NCBI GenBank assembly: GCA_950097015.1
Contig: CATNEN010000038.1
Coordinates: 33,356,001 to 33,420,000 of the forward strand
Origin: Macrostomum hystrix
Lineage: Eukaryota > Animalia > Platyhelminthes
Reading direction: 5' to 3'
Length of the DNA: 64,000 bases
Position numbers and translations under genes: made by a program. Shown piece after piece: positions 11,829 to 23,990 of the stretch; position 1 is the first letter of the stretch, and each line of letters opens with the position of its first letter. Below the pieces are notes generated by a model. That model worked only from the letters and a program-made list of their open reading frames with translations, did no database searches and was not told where the DNA came from.

Positions 11829-13754
11829 ATGTCCGGTTTGTCTCGTCTACTCGCTTTCCTGTTCATCAGTTGGCAGTGCTGCTCTAGAGCGCTGTGCCAA
11901 CTGGAACTGGTCGTAGAGACCGAGGATGCAGTATACCATGGCCGCGTGCTATCTCTGAACGTCCAAGTACAACAGCAGCAAACTGTTGCTCACCTGGGCA
12001 TCCCCTATGCTCAGCCGCCAGTGCAAATGCTTCGCTTCGCCGCCCCATCACCATGGAGACCAGCGTTGTCACCCAAAGATAAAAACGCATCTGGCAAGCT
12101 GGAATTGAACGCCACTCGGGCTGGCCCTGCGTGCCTGCAGCGGCCGGACCTCATTGGCACACCCAGTCGGATGTCCGAGGACTGCCTTTATCTAAATATT
12201 CAATCACCAACCAGACGAGCCGCTCCGGGAGTGTACAGACCTGTCCTAGTCTGGCTGCACGGTGGGTACTTCGAGACTGGGGCCGTCAGCGATCCAGATC
12301 AAAATGGCGATGCGATCGCATGGGACCTGGTGGCAACTCGTCAAAACCTGCTAGTAGTTGAGGTCGCCTACCGTCTGGGAGTGTTTGGCTTCCTGGCCGA
12401 GCCCGATGCTGGCAATGGCAACGCTGGACTGAAGGACCAGCAACTAGCTTTAGTTTGGGTGGCACGCAACATCGGCTACTTCGGTGGCAGCAACGGCTCT
12501 GTGACGCTAGCTGGGTTAGACGCCGGTGCCGCGGCGGTCGGTTGGCACATGCTGAGTGAAGGAAGTCGCGGACTGTTCCAGCGTACCTTCCTTCTCGGAG
12601 GTAGTCCTTTAGCCAACTGGGCGTTCGTGCGAGATCGCGAGGCACTGCGCGTAGTACACGAGAGGTTTTATAACCTTGCTAACTGTACCGACACCAGTGA
12701 GCGACTGGCGTGCTTGCGAAACATTTCAGCGGAGAAGCTAAACGCCTACCAGGCGGAGTTCAATCGAGCCTTTGATGGGGTGGAATTTCCGGTGGTTGTC
12801 GACGGTCAGTTTCTGAAGAAGGATCCAATTGAAGCATTTGTGCGGGGCGAATTTGAGACGAAGGCAACGGTGCTGGGGGCGACAAGCTTGGAGGGCATCC
12901 AGCTAGGCTATCGTACACTGAGAGCGTTCAATACTAGCAAGCCTACTCTGACTGGACAGGTCTACCTGAATCTGCTAACCGAAACTTTTCGCTACTTTCC
13001 AAGGTTTCCCGAGGAACTAACATCGCTAGGACGGGAGTTCCTCACGCTGCAACTTACCGCATACTCTGGTGAAAATTTGGGCGAGAGAAACTTCGATCTG
13101 TTGACAAATGCTTTGTCTCAGCGAGTCACAGTTTGCGAGTCAAACATGCTGGCTGACCTGCTACTGCAGGCTGACAACGGACGCGGAGAGGTATTCGTGT
13201 ATCAGCTGGATGAGCCTGATGGCAACACGGACGAATACCGAGGTGCTGGACACGGAAAGGATGCCGCGTACTTTCTGGGAGAGCCACTGCGACGAGCTGA
13301 TTATGACCAGTACCAACGGACCCTTTCTGGCACGATGATGGACCAGCTGGTGAACTTCTTGACGACGGGTAATGTGTCACAGACCGGCTGGCATACTAGC
13401 AGTATCACTAGGCACGAATTTTACCGCCTTAGGGCGCCACGAAGTGTGAACTTGCGGTCCGAGATGGTTGGCGGTGGCTTCAGCCGACAGGAATGCCGGA
13501 TGTGGACTGAAATCCTGCCCCGTCTGGGTGTCATCAGCCCGACAACAACTCCGAAGACCGACGAAGATGCCGAGGCCAAGTTCTGGGCGCGGTGCAATGC
13601 GACCATCAATTTGGTAAGCATGATAGTCATGTGCATTGGTGGTGGCCTGGTGCTGCTTCTCATCCTGTGCGTTGTCATCGTGGCAAGAGGACGACGTGGC
13701 AGCTCGCATGACCTAGTGGAGTTGTACCAGAGAGTGAAGCCGGCAGGAAAGTGA
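11829..13754 (+). CDS. Type-B carboxylesterase/cholinesterase-like type I membrane protein, predicted inactive (Ser to Asp), copy 1
   Basis: Signal peptide; LGIPYAQPP, SEDCLYLN, WLHGG, YRLGVFGFL and GNAGLKDQ motifs. Nucleophile motif is GLDAG instead of GESAG. C-terminal hydrophobic TM segment. Single 641-aa ORF. Confidence 0.93.
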   Translation: MSGLSRLLAFLFISWQCCSRALCQLELVVETEDAVYHGRVLSLNVQVQQQQTVAHLGIPYAQPPVQMLRFAAPSPWRPALSPKDKNASGKLELNATRAGPACLQRPDLIGTPSRMSEDCLYLNIQSPTRRAAPGVYRPVLVWLHGGYFETGAVSDPDQNGDAIAWDLVATRQNLLVVEVAYRLGVFGFLAEPDAGNGNAGLKDQQLALVWVARNIGYFGGSNGSVTLAGLDAGAAAVGWHMLSEGSRGLFQRTFLLGGSPLANWAFVRDREALRVVHERFYNLANCTDTSERLACLRNISAEKLNAYQAEFNRAFDGVEFPVVVDGQFLKKDPIEAFVRGEFETKATVLGATSLEGIQLGYRTLRAFNTSKPTLTGQVYLNLLTETFRYFPRFPEELTSLGREFLTLQLTAYSGENLGERNFDLLTNALSQRVTVCESNMLADLLLQADNGRGEVFVYQLDEPDGNTDEYRGAGHGKDAAYFLGEPLRRADYDQYQRTLSGTMMDQLVNFLTTGNVSQTGWHTSSITRHEFYRLRAPRSVNLRSEMVGGGFSRQECRMWTEILPRLGVISPTTTPKTDEDAEAKFWARCNATINLVSMIVMCIGGGLVLLLILCVVIVARGRRGSSHDLVELYQRVKPAGK

Positions 13755-14693
13755 CATTGTGTCAACTTTCTAGTATCAAAGATTTGTTACAAACCTCCAT
13801 CTTACAGTAAGACCCTTATACCGCCACCGCCACTCGGACACTGTATCCACCATTTTCTATTTAATTTCAACGTTGCTCACATATTACTGTTTCAACGCTA
13901 CAGTAGCTTTTAAATTTGAATTCTTAAAAAACTGTCCATTGTCGTTTAATGTAAAAAGTATTAATTAAATAACACCTCTGGTGATTTTTTTAATTCTGTG
14001 GCAAGAAGCCAAAAGCAGCATGCCATTTTGTTGCACGGTAGAAGTGGTCTTTGGTTAATTTGAATTTACCTCGATTTTAATTGCGTTACTATCGTCACTC
14101 GACGGTATGCTTTGGCTACAGTGCTTGAACCATAGACATAATCTAAGAAACAGACAATGACAAGTCCGTGGCTGGGTCAGCAAGCGTTATTCGCGTCCCT
14201 CTGTTTACTGTTTGGTCATGGCCATAGACAAAACGACGACTGCATGAGGAAATTATTGGGTGTTTACCCCAGAAAATGCAGTCTTTTATATCAGCGAAAA
14301 TGTTAATATTATGAAAACTATAAAATAGATCTGGCAGACCATCTTTTGGCAGTGAGACCAAGCATTGTTCCCTTAATTATTTGTCTATGGACTCAAATAA
14401 TCAATAGCCTCTGAACCCGGGCTATTGTCTATAATCCATTGTCACACCATTTCGGCATACATGCAGACGGGGAGATGAAAGAAGTTTTCAACACTGACAC
14501 TTCATCATGTAGCAATACAATAAATCCTTGACTCAAACTACGCTCGTACTTGATTTCCCACTGTCAGTTTTCGTCAGTTTTCTATTTCTGTCTGTTCGAC
14601 GGAGCTCTGGATTGGAAATTGCCTAATTACGTTAGAGCAGGGGTCGAAATCCTAATATACCTCGCATTAGGACAGCGGGCCACATTGAATGTG

Positions 14694-14940
14694 GAGAGAT
14701 GAGACACGGGAGAGATAAGACAGGAGAGAGATGAGACAGGAGAGAGATGCGACTCGGGAGAGATTAGACACTGAAGAGATGAGACAAGGGAGAGATGAGA
14801 CAGGGCAGAGAAGAGACACGGGAGAAATGAGACAGGGGAGAGATGAGACAGGAGAGAGATAAGACACGGGAGAGATGAGACAGGAGAGAGATGAAACAGC
14901 GGAGAGATGAGACGGGAGAGAGATGAGATAGCGGAGAGAT
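14694..14940. repeat. Purine-rich degenerate minisatellite (GGAGAGATGAGACA-like); shorter copy at 21718-21867
   Basis: Visible iterated gagatgagac units. Confidence 0.9.
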
Positions 14941-15665
14941 GATTTATTGCGTACCGCTTGCATGTTTTATTTAAGGACTAATAAACGACACGAACTAGCA
15001 GTTTAGTAGTCCTTGGTTTTGATGATCCTTGGTTCATCCGCCCTGACTTTCTCATGGTCAGGCAGTGTACACAGTGTATAGTGAAGGCCTTGGAGGTTGA
15101 CCTTCACGGGCCTAAATTGCACGAAAAGCCCCAAGCCTTCTCTCCGCGGCTGCGCCCCAAATGAATGCGGCCTCACCGTGGAATCGAGCTCAGGGACCTT
15201 GGTGCAAGAGGCAACCACTCTGCCGCTAACCCCCAAACATAACCCCATATAATGCAAGCCGCAATTAAGTTGGTAATCCCAAGTTCAAGTGCATTCATAC
15301 TAACTATAAGGTGTTTATAATATTTTTACCAGGTCGGTGTTGTTATCGAACCCGAAAACAGATTTTCTTCATCTTTCGTTAGCTAACTTGGTAAATGATG
15401 TAGATGGCAAACTGTGAGTATTCATCTATAGATATAATCCACCTCGGTTGTTATCGCCATATCGATTCATATATTTATTTATTTATCTAATAGACATTTG
15501 CATGATGAAAATAATAATTATTTTCACCGATAAAAATTCTCCAAGCGGCGGGCACACAGAGTGGCAACCAATATCGCCTATTAATAGCTAGATAAATATC
15601 AACTGTCCATTGAAGCGCTTTTAAAGCGAAATAATTTCAGTCAGATTCATCCAACACGCATGGAT

Positions 15666-16026
15666 TCAGTTGTGCAGGCGGAAGTGGATCTTGGCCCTGG
15701 TGCAGCTGCACTCGCACACTCGCCAGTGGGCCGGCCAGCGGCTCGGCAGCTCGCCTTTGAAGCAGGTCGGCAGCCGGACGCACACGCGAGAGCAGAGGCT
15801 ACTCCAGAACTGCTGAGTCTCCACTGCAATTAGATGCATTGATTTGGTTTATAGGTGAAGCATTTCATTCACTGACAGTTATACACTGCTCATTGCATAG
15901 CTACTTACTATAGCTGATGCCAAACTGCCTCTTGGCAACCAGCTCCTGCGTGTCGACAGCCGCTGCGGCCGTCGACATCATCAGAGAGGAGGCGACCAAC
16001 AAGGTCAAGAAGCGGATTGTCACCAT
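15666..16026 (-). CDS. Secreted cysteine-rich prepropeptide, 91 aa (member 1b, duplicate of 8643-9003)
   Basis: Exons 16026-15909 and 15823-15666; no differences seen from copy 1. Confidence 0.85.
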
Positions 16027-18852
16027 TGTTGCTGATTTACTCCACAGAGTTGTAGCTTAATTATTCACGAATGCTCGTCGGATTTTCCGATGCAAATGGA
16101 ATTGAGGCCAGAAATAAGTTGTATTTATGGAGTCGGAGACTCAGGATCTGAGTCTATGATTGGCTGACGTTGATAAAGGAGCGAAAGCTTCAAGTTTTGA
16201 TCGACACATTCTGAGAATCGTTTCAGTGCCCACGTTCTAGATCGAGGTGTTCTGTGCTAGAAACTCTCTGGCTAACGAAGTGTTTTTGTTGGCTAACGAT
16301 AGTTTCTCGATTAGGTTTCAGCGAACAGCGAGCCTGACCTACCCGAAGTTTTTCTGGCCTTTATAAAGCGTTTGTCCCGTCTCAGTCAACCGCTAAAAAG
16401 CAAAAATAGAATACTTGAAGCGCCTCAGGAAATCGATGCAGGCATGTCGTCACTTCTCATTACCGCTCAGTCTTCTTACAGGGTTGACAATGTGAGCCAA
16501 TTTACTTTTCATTTGGGCACAACGTTCAATTTATTTTTATTAAAAAACAACACAGTATATATAGCCTACGACATGCCATTGACGTAAGGTCTGTCAGATA
16601 AACCTTCAGCAGGCTAGGTCTATGACGGAAGCTGGTCAGCTGACCTGGTACCGGCACACAGCACAGAATCAGCTAGCATGCGGTCTTTAGGTTTCTTGAA
16701 GACTGAACCTAAGGAGCTCCTGAAGGAGCTTCAGGTTCTTGCTTGTTATCGCCGGTTCGGGCCCAGCGTTAGACGCTGGACGTCCTCTTCCAGTTCGGGA
16801 CATTCAGCCTCGGCGTGGTTTACGTGTCGTGCTAGTTGAAACCACTTCTGCGATAATAGGTAATAAGTGATGTTGAGTAGGAAGAGTGATTGCTGCTTAT
16901 AACATCCAAGACCTCTTGTGTTCTGGAAGCGCGTCATACAGCAGGGTACCTGGCTGTCAAGGTCGAGATTTGCTTACTTAGAAGCCAAATTAAGTTTGTA
17001 TCCAAGCATGAATATTTCGCTGGCATTGCTGACGACGTTGCTGACGTCACAATTGACACGTGGCTCTGATCTAAACCTCATATTGTGCTTCTCTTCTTAT
17101 TTACAGGGGCCAGGAAGCACTTGTGCGTCTCACTCGAAGAAAATATTAGTCTTAACAATGTCGCGTTAGGAACTCAGGTGTTTTGGCATGCTACACAAGT
17201 AGCAGACAAGAACATTAAATATCAAGCCAAATATTGAAATACTTTGCTATTAACTCATGCTCAATTATTAAAATTCAGCAATCTTGAAGGAAAAAATCTA
17301 ATACTTTCTAGGCAGGGAGAATATGGAGAACTGTTGGGAGAATTATAGCATTAAACAATTAACCATTATAATGCCATTATGATGCTGTCTGGGTGGTAAA
17401 ACCGAATCAATGAACAGGTTAAGCCCAGGTGGCAGAGCGGGCCGATCTGGTTAAAAAAGGGCAGTCAGCGAAAGAGAATCTTCGTGCGCAGTCGTTTTAT
17501 TGTAATAACAATTGCAAGAGGGCCGTGGGCAATGGCACATCATTCAGTGACACTAGACCCGCCACCAGCAAGGAGTCGATTCTGATTTCTTTGACTCCTG
17601 AGCACACACGCACACAGATACCGTACACTAGCATACGCTCACACAGGTGTGTACATCTGACCTGAAATTCTCATCGTCAGATGCAGTGTACACTTTCACT
17701 GTACCTTAAAGGTTGTCCTTCAAGGGCATAAGTTTTATAACGAGCCCCAAGCCTTCTCTCTTAGTTTAGTTTGGCCTTGACGCGGAATCGAGCTCAGGGA
17801 CGTTGGTGCGAGAGGCAAACACGTTAGACCACTCTGCCGCTCACCCCAATGTTGTCGTAGATTGGACAGAGCTCTGCGAATAGGATATCTGAATGAGGCT
17901 AAAAAAACTGTTTTCCTTTGTCTTGCCTGGCCAAAGGCAAGATTATATACCACAAACACCTTGCCAATCAGCCTTTAAAATGAAGCGATTTTAAGAAACA
18001 CCCGCCCACATGATTAGCACGGTAGATATCTGTTCAAAGGACTTCATGGAACGCATAGCTCATTCTGGACCACCTAAATTATTCGCCCTGAAAGTGTATG
18101 GTGTACCTGTAAATCTAGGGGGTGAGTGGCAGACCGTTCAACAACGCGTTAGCCTCTCGCACCAACGTCCCTGAGCTCAATTCCGCGGCGAGGCCACATT
18201 CATTTGGGGCGCATCAAATGATGTGCCATTGCCCACAGCCCTCCTAAAATGATCATTTTTATTACTAGTAATAGTAGTATTTGAATATCAGTCGTTGATA
18301 TTCCCAACCATTTGTTGTACCAAAATTTAGCTAGCTGTAATAAAGAATGAAGTGTTTTTTGTAAAAAAAAAGTTGTCTGATTTTTGGTTGGCTTTGCGCT
18401 ACTGGACTCGTGATTCGTGAATCGAATTCGTGACTTTATACAAAGAACTAATTAAAATGGCCTGCTTGACAGAATAACAACATCATGGTTTAGAATTGCA
18501 TTTAAAAAGTACTATAATTTCTATCGAGCTTAGCTTAGCACAAGATTAACTTAAAGATCTAGAAAAAATGGCAAAAAAGACTGACTTTAAAAAGTAAGAA
18601 GGGTTGGGTTGTTCGCTTGTTTTCGCTATAGAATATTTCAGCGTGCGGTGATAACAGTTTTGCTTGTAGCACAAAGAGATAACGACTAAACGGCGAACTG
18701 TACCAGCTAAAATAAAAATATAATTTTAGCTATGAAATAAAAATTAGCCATAAAGACTTGCGAGTTCACGAGCTCATTTTTGAGACCGGTGATACTGGCA
18801 ACGGCTTCGCTCTGCAATTTGGCGTGGCCTCTTTTTAGGCCAGAACCCGCAA

Positions 18853-20778
18853 ATGTCCGGTTTGTCTCGTCTACTCGCTTTCCTGTTCATCAGTTGGCAG
18901 TGCTGCTCTAGAGCGCTGTGCCAACTGGAACTGGTCGTAGAGACCGAGGATGCAGTATACCATGGCCGCGTGCTATCTCTGAACGTCCAAGTACAACAGC
19001 AGCAAACTGTTGCTCACCTGGGCATCCCCTATGCTCAGCCGCCAGTGCAAATGCTTCGCTTCGCCGCCCCATCACCATGGAGACCAGCGTTGTCACCCAA
19101 AGATAAAAACGCATCTGGCAAGCTGGAATTGAACGCCACTCGGGCTGGCCCTGCGTGCCTGCAGCGGCCGGACCTCATTGGCACACCCAGTCGGATGTCC
19201 GAGGACTGCCTTTATCTAAATATTCAATCACCAACCAGACGAGCCGCTCCGGGAGTGTACAGACCTGTCCTAGTCTGGCTGCACGGTGGGTACTTCGAGA
19301 CTGGGGCCGTCAGCGATCCAGATCAAAATGGCGATGCGATCGCATGGGACCTGGTGGCAACTCGTCAAAACCTGCTAGTAGTTGAGGTCGCCTACCGTCT
19401 GGGAGTGTTTGGCTTCCTGGCCGAGCCCGATGCTGGCAATGGCAACGCTGGACTGAAGGACCAGCAACTAGCTTTAGTTTGGGTGGCACGCAACATCGGC
19501 TACTTCGGTGGCAGCAACGGCTCTGTGACGCTAGCTGGGTTAGACGCCGGTGCCGCGGCGGTCGGTTGGCACATGCTGAGTGAAGGAAGTCGCGGACTGT
19601 TCCAGCGTACCTTCCTTCTCGGAGGTAGTCCTTTAGCCAACTGGGCGTTCGTGCGAGATCGCGAGGCACTGCGCGTAGTACACGAGAGGTTTTATAACCT
19701 TGCTAACTGTACCGACACCAGTGAGCGACTGGCGTGCTTGCGAAACATTTCAGCGGAGAAGCTAAACGCCTACCAGGCGGAGTTCAATCGAGCCTTTGAT
19801 GGGGTGGAATTTCCGGTGGTTGTCGACGGTCAGTTTCTGAAGAAGGATCCAGTTGAAGCATTTGTGCGGGGCGAATTTGAGACGAAGGCAACGGTGCTGG
19901 GGGCGACAAGCTTGGAGGGCATCCAGCTAGGCTATCGTACACTGAGAGCGTTCAATACTAGCAAGCCTACTCTGACTGGACAGGTCTACCTGAATCTGCT
20001 AACCGAAACTTTTCGCTACTTTCCAAGGTTTCCCGAGGAACTAACATCGCTAGGACGGGAGTTCCTCACGCTGCAACTTACCCCATACTCTGGTGAAAAT
20101 TTGGGCGAGAGAAACTTCGATCTGTTGACAAAGGCTTTGTCTCAGCGAGTCACAGTTTGCGAGTCAAACATGCTGGCTGACCTGCTACTGCAGGCTGACA
20201 ATGGACGCGGAGAGGTATTCGTGTATCAGCTGGATGAGCCTGATGGCAACACGGACGAATACCGAGGTGCTGGACACGGAAAGGATGCCGCGTACTTTCT
20301 GGGAGAGCCACTGCGACGAGCTGATTATGACCAGTACCAACGGACCCTTTCTGGCACGATGATGGACCAGCTGGTGACCTTCTTGACGACGGGTAATGTG
20401 TCACAGACTGGCTGGCATGCTAGCAGTATCACTAGGCACGAATTTTACCGCCTTAGGGCGCCACGAAGTGTGAACTTGCGGTCCGAGATTGTTGGCGGTG
20501 GCTTCAGCCGACAGGAATGCCGGATGTGGACTGAAATCCTGCCCCGTCTGGGTGTCATCAGCCCGACAACAACTCCGAAGACCGACGAAGATGCCGAGGC
20601 CAAGTTCTGGGCGCGGTGCAATGCGACCATCAATTTGGTAAGCATGATAGTCATGTGCATTGGTGGTGGCCTGGTGCTGCTTCTCATCCTGTGCGTTGTC
20701 ATCGTGGCAAGAGGACGACGTGGCAGCTCGCATGACCTAGTGGAGTTGTACCAGAGAGTGAAGCCGGCAGGAAAGTGA
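18853..20778 (+). CDS. Carboxylesterase/cholinesterase-like membrane protein, predicted inactive, copy 2
   Basis: 641 aa; six amino-acid differences from copy 1; same GLDAG motif. Confidence 0.93.
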   Translation: MSGLSRLLAFLFISWQCCSRALCQLELVVETEDAVYHGRVLSLNVQVQQQQTVAHLGIPYAQPPVQMLRFAAPSPWRPALSPKDKNASGKLELNATRAGPACLQRPDLIGTPSRMSEDCLYLNIQSPTRRAAPGVYRPVLVWLHGGYFETGAVSDPDQNGDAIAWDLVATRQNLLVVEVAYRLGVFGFLAEPDAGNGNAGLKDQQLALVWVARNIGYFGGSNGSVTLAGLDAGAAAVGWHMLSEGSRGLFQRTFLLGGSPLANWAFVRDREALRVVHERFYNLANCTDTSERLACLRNISAEKLNAYQAEFNRAFDGVEFPVVVDGQFLKKDPVEAFVRGEFETKATVLGATSLEGIQLGYRTLRAFNTSKPTLTGQVYLNLLTETFRYFPRFPEELTSLGREFLTLQLTPYSGENLGERNFDLLTKALSQRVTVCESNMLADLLLQADNGRGEVFVYQLDEPDGNTDEYRGAGHGKDAAYFLGEPLRRADYDQYQRTLSGTMMDQLVTFLTTGNVSQTGWHASSITRHEFYRLRAPRSVNLRSEIVGGGFSRQECRMWTEILPRLGVISPTTTPKTDEDAEAKFWARCNATINLVSMIVMCIGGGLVLLLILCVVIVARGRRGSSHDLVELYQRVKPAGK

Positions 20779-22428
20779 CATTGTGTCAACTTTCTAGTAT
20801 CAAAGATTTGTTACAAACCTCCATCTTACAGTAAGACCCTTATACCGCCACCGCCACTCGGACACTGTATCCACCATTTTCTATTTAATTTCAACGTTGC
20901 TCACATATTACTGTTTCAACGCTACAGTAGCTTTTAAATTTGAATTCTTAAAAAACTGTCCATTGTCGTTTAATGTAAAAAGTATTAATTAAATAACACC
21001 TCTGGTGATTTTTTTAATTCTGTGGCAAGAAGCCAAAAGCAGCATGCCATTTTGTTGCACGGTAGAAGTGGTCTTTGGTTAATTTGAATTTACCTCGATT
21101 TTAATTGCGTTACTATCGTCACTCGACGGTATGCTTTGGCTACAGTGCTTGAACCATAGACATAATCTAGGAAACAGACAATGACAAGTCCGTGGCTGGG
21201 GTCAGCAAGCGTTATTCGCGTCCCTCTGTTTACTGTTTGGTCATGGCCATAGACAAAACGACGACTGCATGAGGAAATTATTGGGTGTTTTCCCCAGAAA
21301 ATGCGGTCTTTTATATCAGCGAAAATGTTAATTTTATGAAAACTATAAAATAGATCTGGCAGACCATCTTTTGGCAGTGAGACCAAGCATTGTTCCCTTA
21401 ATTATTTGTCTATGGACTCAAATAATCAATAGCCTCTGAACCCGGGCTATTGTCTATAATCCATTGCCACACCATTTCGGCATACATGCAGACGGGGAGA
21501 TAAAAGAAGTTTTCAACACTGACGCTTCATCATGTAGCAATACAATAAATCCTTGACTCAAACTACGCTCGTACTTGATTTCCCACTGTCAGTTTTTGTC
21601 TGTTTTCTATTTCTGTCTGTTCGACGGAGCTCTGGATTGGAAATTGCCTAATTACGTTAGAGCAGGGGTCGACATCCTAATATACCTCGCATTAGGACAG
21701 CGGGCCACATTGAATGTGGAGAGATGAGACAGGGGAGCGATGAGACAGCGGAGAGATGAGACAAGAGAGAGATGAGACACGGGAGAGAGATGAGACAGCG
21801 GAGAGATGAGACGGGAGAGAGATGAGATAGCGGAGAGATGAGTAGCGTGAGAGATGAGATGAGAGAAAATTCAAAGGTGCCGGTTTCAGGAGCTTCGAAG
21901 GAAGCATTTGGCGCAGCTGCATCAGTTGCAGGTGCTAAAAAAATAATCGGTTGATAATAAACGAGATTTCTTGATCGGCAACAAAGGTAGAGTAATTTAT
22001 TTTACTGTTCCCTGTTGCATCCATTTTAACTGTCTTGTCGAGTGGTTGGAGCGATTTGAGCAATCGTGAAAAGAGAATTATCCACTGCAGGTATTTTTCA
22101 AGCAATTTTCACTTGAGCACCTGAGCTGTCAAGCACTGCAGTTCCAGCATTCCACTCCTTCAGCAGAGGTCAAATCGTTGAATATTTCTCAATGCTGAAA
22201 TTTCAAAACTATACCGGAATTCAGTCTGTTTTACTTACTGAAACGATTAAAATTCTATACACATATATTATCGTATATTTGTTTAATGAAACTCTATAGG
22301 ATCAGAACTGGAGTAATAAGATAGACATGTCAGTTAACAGATGGTCATTAGTCCTGATCTTGATCATATTTCGCACAGCTGCAGTTGACATAGCGGCATT
22401 CATTGCAGGAGCAGTAGAGCATTGTTTG

Positions 22429-22436
22429 GTATAAAA
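22429..22436 (+). promoter_or_regulatory. Putative TATA box
   Basis: gtataaaa about 80 nt upstream of ATG 22512; the paralog has gtataaata at 24258. Confidence 0.5.
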
Positions 22437-22511
22437 TACCTTTGCTTAATAGTTTTTTCAACAATTCTAAGCAGTGTCCGTAAAGCTTTGAAATACTCGA
22501 GAAAGTCAAGA

Positions 22512-22919
22512 ATGCAGCCGCATCTGCTGAGCCTTCTCGTAGCCGCAGTTTGCGCCAGCGCGTTGCTGGGCGGCGCAGCCGTCAGCTGTCCGGCGGGCGC
22601 GCGCTTCAAAAATGCCACTCTGGGCGGCAAGTTCATCAGCCAGAAACTGTTCCAGCTGACCGTGGCCACCGGCGAGTGCCTCTGGGTCGCCGAGGGCAGC
22701 GTCGCTAGCGCCTTCCGCACCGAGGACTGCATCTTCTGCCGCGTTGACCAGTACGGGAAATCCTGCCTCACCACCCCTGAAGAGTTCGTTGAGCCGCCCT
22801 GCGTGAAGCACTTGGGCCCCGACTGCAGGTGGCACGTCACCGATCCACGCAACCAGACGATCGCCTGTGACATCATGGCCATCCTCATGTCCGGATTGCC
22901 TCCGCCCAACGGCAAGTGA
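22512..22919 (+). CDS. Secreted 8-Cys protein, beta-microseminoprotein/PSP94-like, 135 aa
   Basis: Signal peptide MQPHLLSLLVAAVCASALLGGAAVS. FRTEDCIFC...SC...PPC...PDCRWHV...IAC resembles MSMB cysteine spacing. Clear paralog of 24356-24775. Confidence 0.8.
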   Translation: MQPHLLSLLVAAVCASALLGGAAVSCPAGARFKNATLGGKFISQKLFQLTVATGECLWVAEGSVASAFRTEDCIFCRVDQYGKSCLTTPEEFVEPPCVKHLGPDCRWHVTDPRNQTIACDIMAILMSGLPPPNGK

Positions 22920-23324
22920 AGCCTTCTGAATGTACCTAGTCACCGAGAGTGACAATGGCTTCAATTTGACAGCTTCTCTACTTCTGGTTTCGACTTTCCA
23001 GAAGAGTGGGTGGTGAATATTAAGAACTAAAATATACGTGGACATGCAATCTGAATATATAAGAAAGATGTCAGTGAATAATGCGATTCAATTGGCTTCA
23101 AATCCACATCTTTATGTGTTATGTACGAGGGGTGTTTCAAAAGTTTCCGGACTGACGTCACCATTTTGAGTTGAAATGGCCAAATCACTTGAAATTTGAT
23201 ATGCAATTGCAATAAGATTATTTTTATTATGTCCTAAAATTTCAGCGCAATCGGATTAACTGATCAAAAGTTGTAATGAATTTTGCATTAAACATATAAC
23301 AACCTGCACTATTTACAATTACTT

Positions 23325-23570
23325 GGGGTTGTAGCGTAGTGGTTACAGCGTCGTACTCAACTTGAAGATCGGGGGTTCGATTCTTCAACCCACTGGAAAA
23401 TATATTGTACTTTAGAGACACTTAACTCTACATTGATTCTGTTTAAAAGCTGTTAAAAGGTTAACAGCATTAGCTGGGGTTATTGAGGGTGGGTAAGGTG
23501 CCTCCTACCAGTCCACGGACTGAACAGCTGTACGCAGCCTGTGTGCAGTCAGCTGTACATCTGGCCCGAT
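23325..23570 (+). mobile_element. SINE family A copy
   Basis: A-box (tagcgtagtgg) and B-box (ggttcgattc) head; tail ...cagctgtacatctggccc. Confidence 0.7.
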
Positions 23571-23737
23571 CGGGATTTGTGTTATGAGTTAAAATAACTT
23601 TTAATTTTATATAACTTAATAAACATAAGTGTCTTTTGAAAAGACATTATGCACTCAAAGTTCAAACAATGAAGACCAACTCTAGTGTTCTATCTAGACA
23701 TATTTGAGAACTCATTAATGTGATTTCGTCATTCAAT

Positions 23738-23990
23738 TCTTCCTTCCTTCCTTCCTTTCTTTTTTTCCTTCCTTCCTTCCTTCCTTCCTTTCTTCCTTCC
23801 TTCCTTCTTCCTTCCTTCCTTTCTTTTTTCCCTCCTTCCTTCCTTCCTTCCTTCCCTCCTTCCTTCCTTCCTTCCTTCCTTCCTTCCTTCCTTCCTTCCT
23901 TCCTTCCTTCCTTCCTTCCTTCCTTCCTTCCTTCCTTCCTTCCTTCCTTCCTTCTTTCTTTCTTTCTTTCTTCCTTCCTTCCTTCTTTCT
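23738..23990. repeat. (TTCC)n microsatellite
   Basis: Direct reading. Confidence 0.98.

Larger units (their letters stand above)
7916..14938 (+). repeat. Tandem segmental duplication, copy 1 (7023 bp)
   Basis: Nearly identical to 14939-21841; ORFs recur at offsets of 7023-7024. Confidence 0.97.
14939..21841 (+). repeat. Tandem segmental duplication, copy 2
   Basis: Starts atgatttattgcgtaccgc as at 7916 and ends in the GAGATGAGAC minisatellite. 4-bp ATGA microhomology at the junction. Confidence 0.97.
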
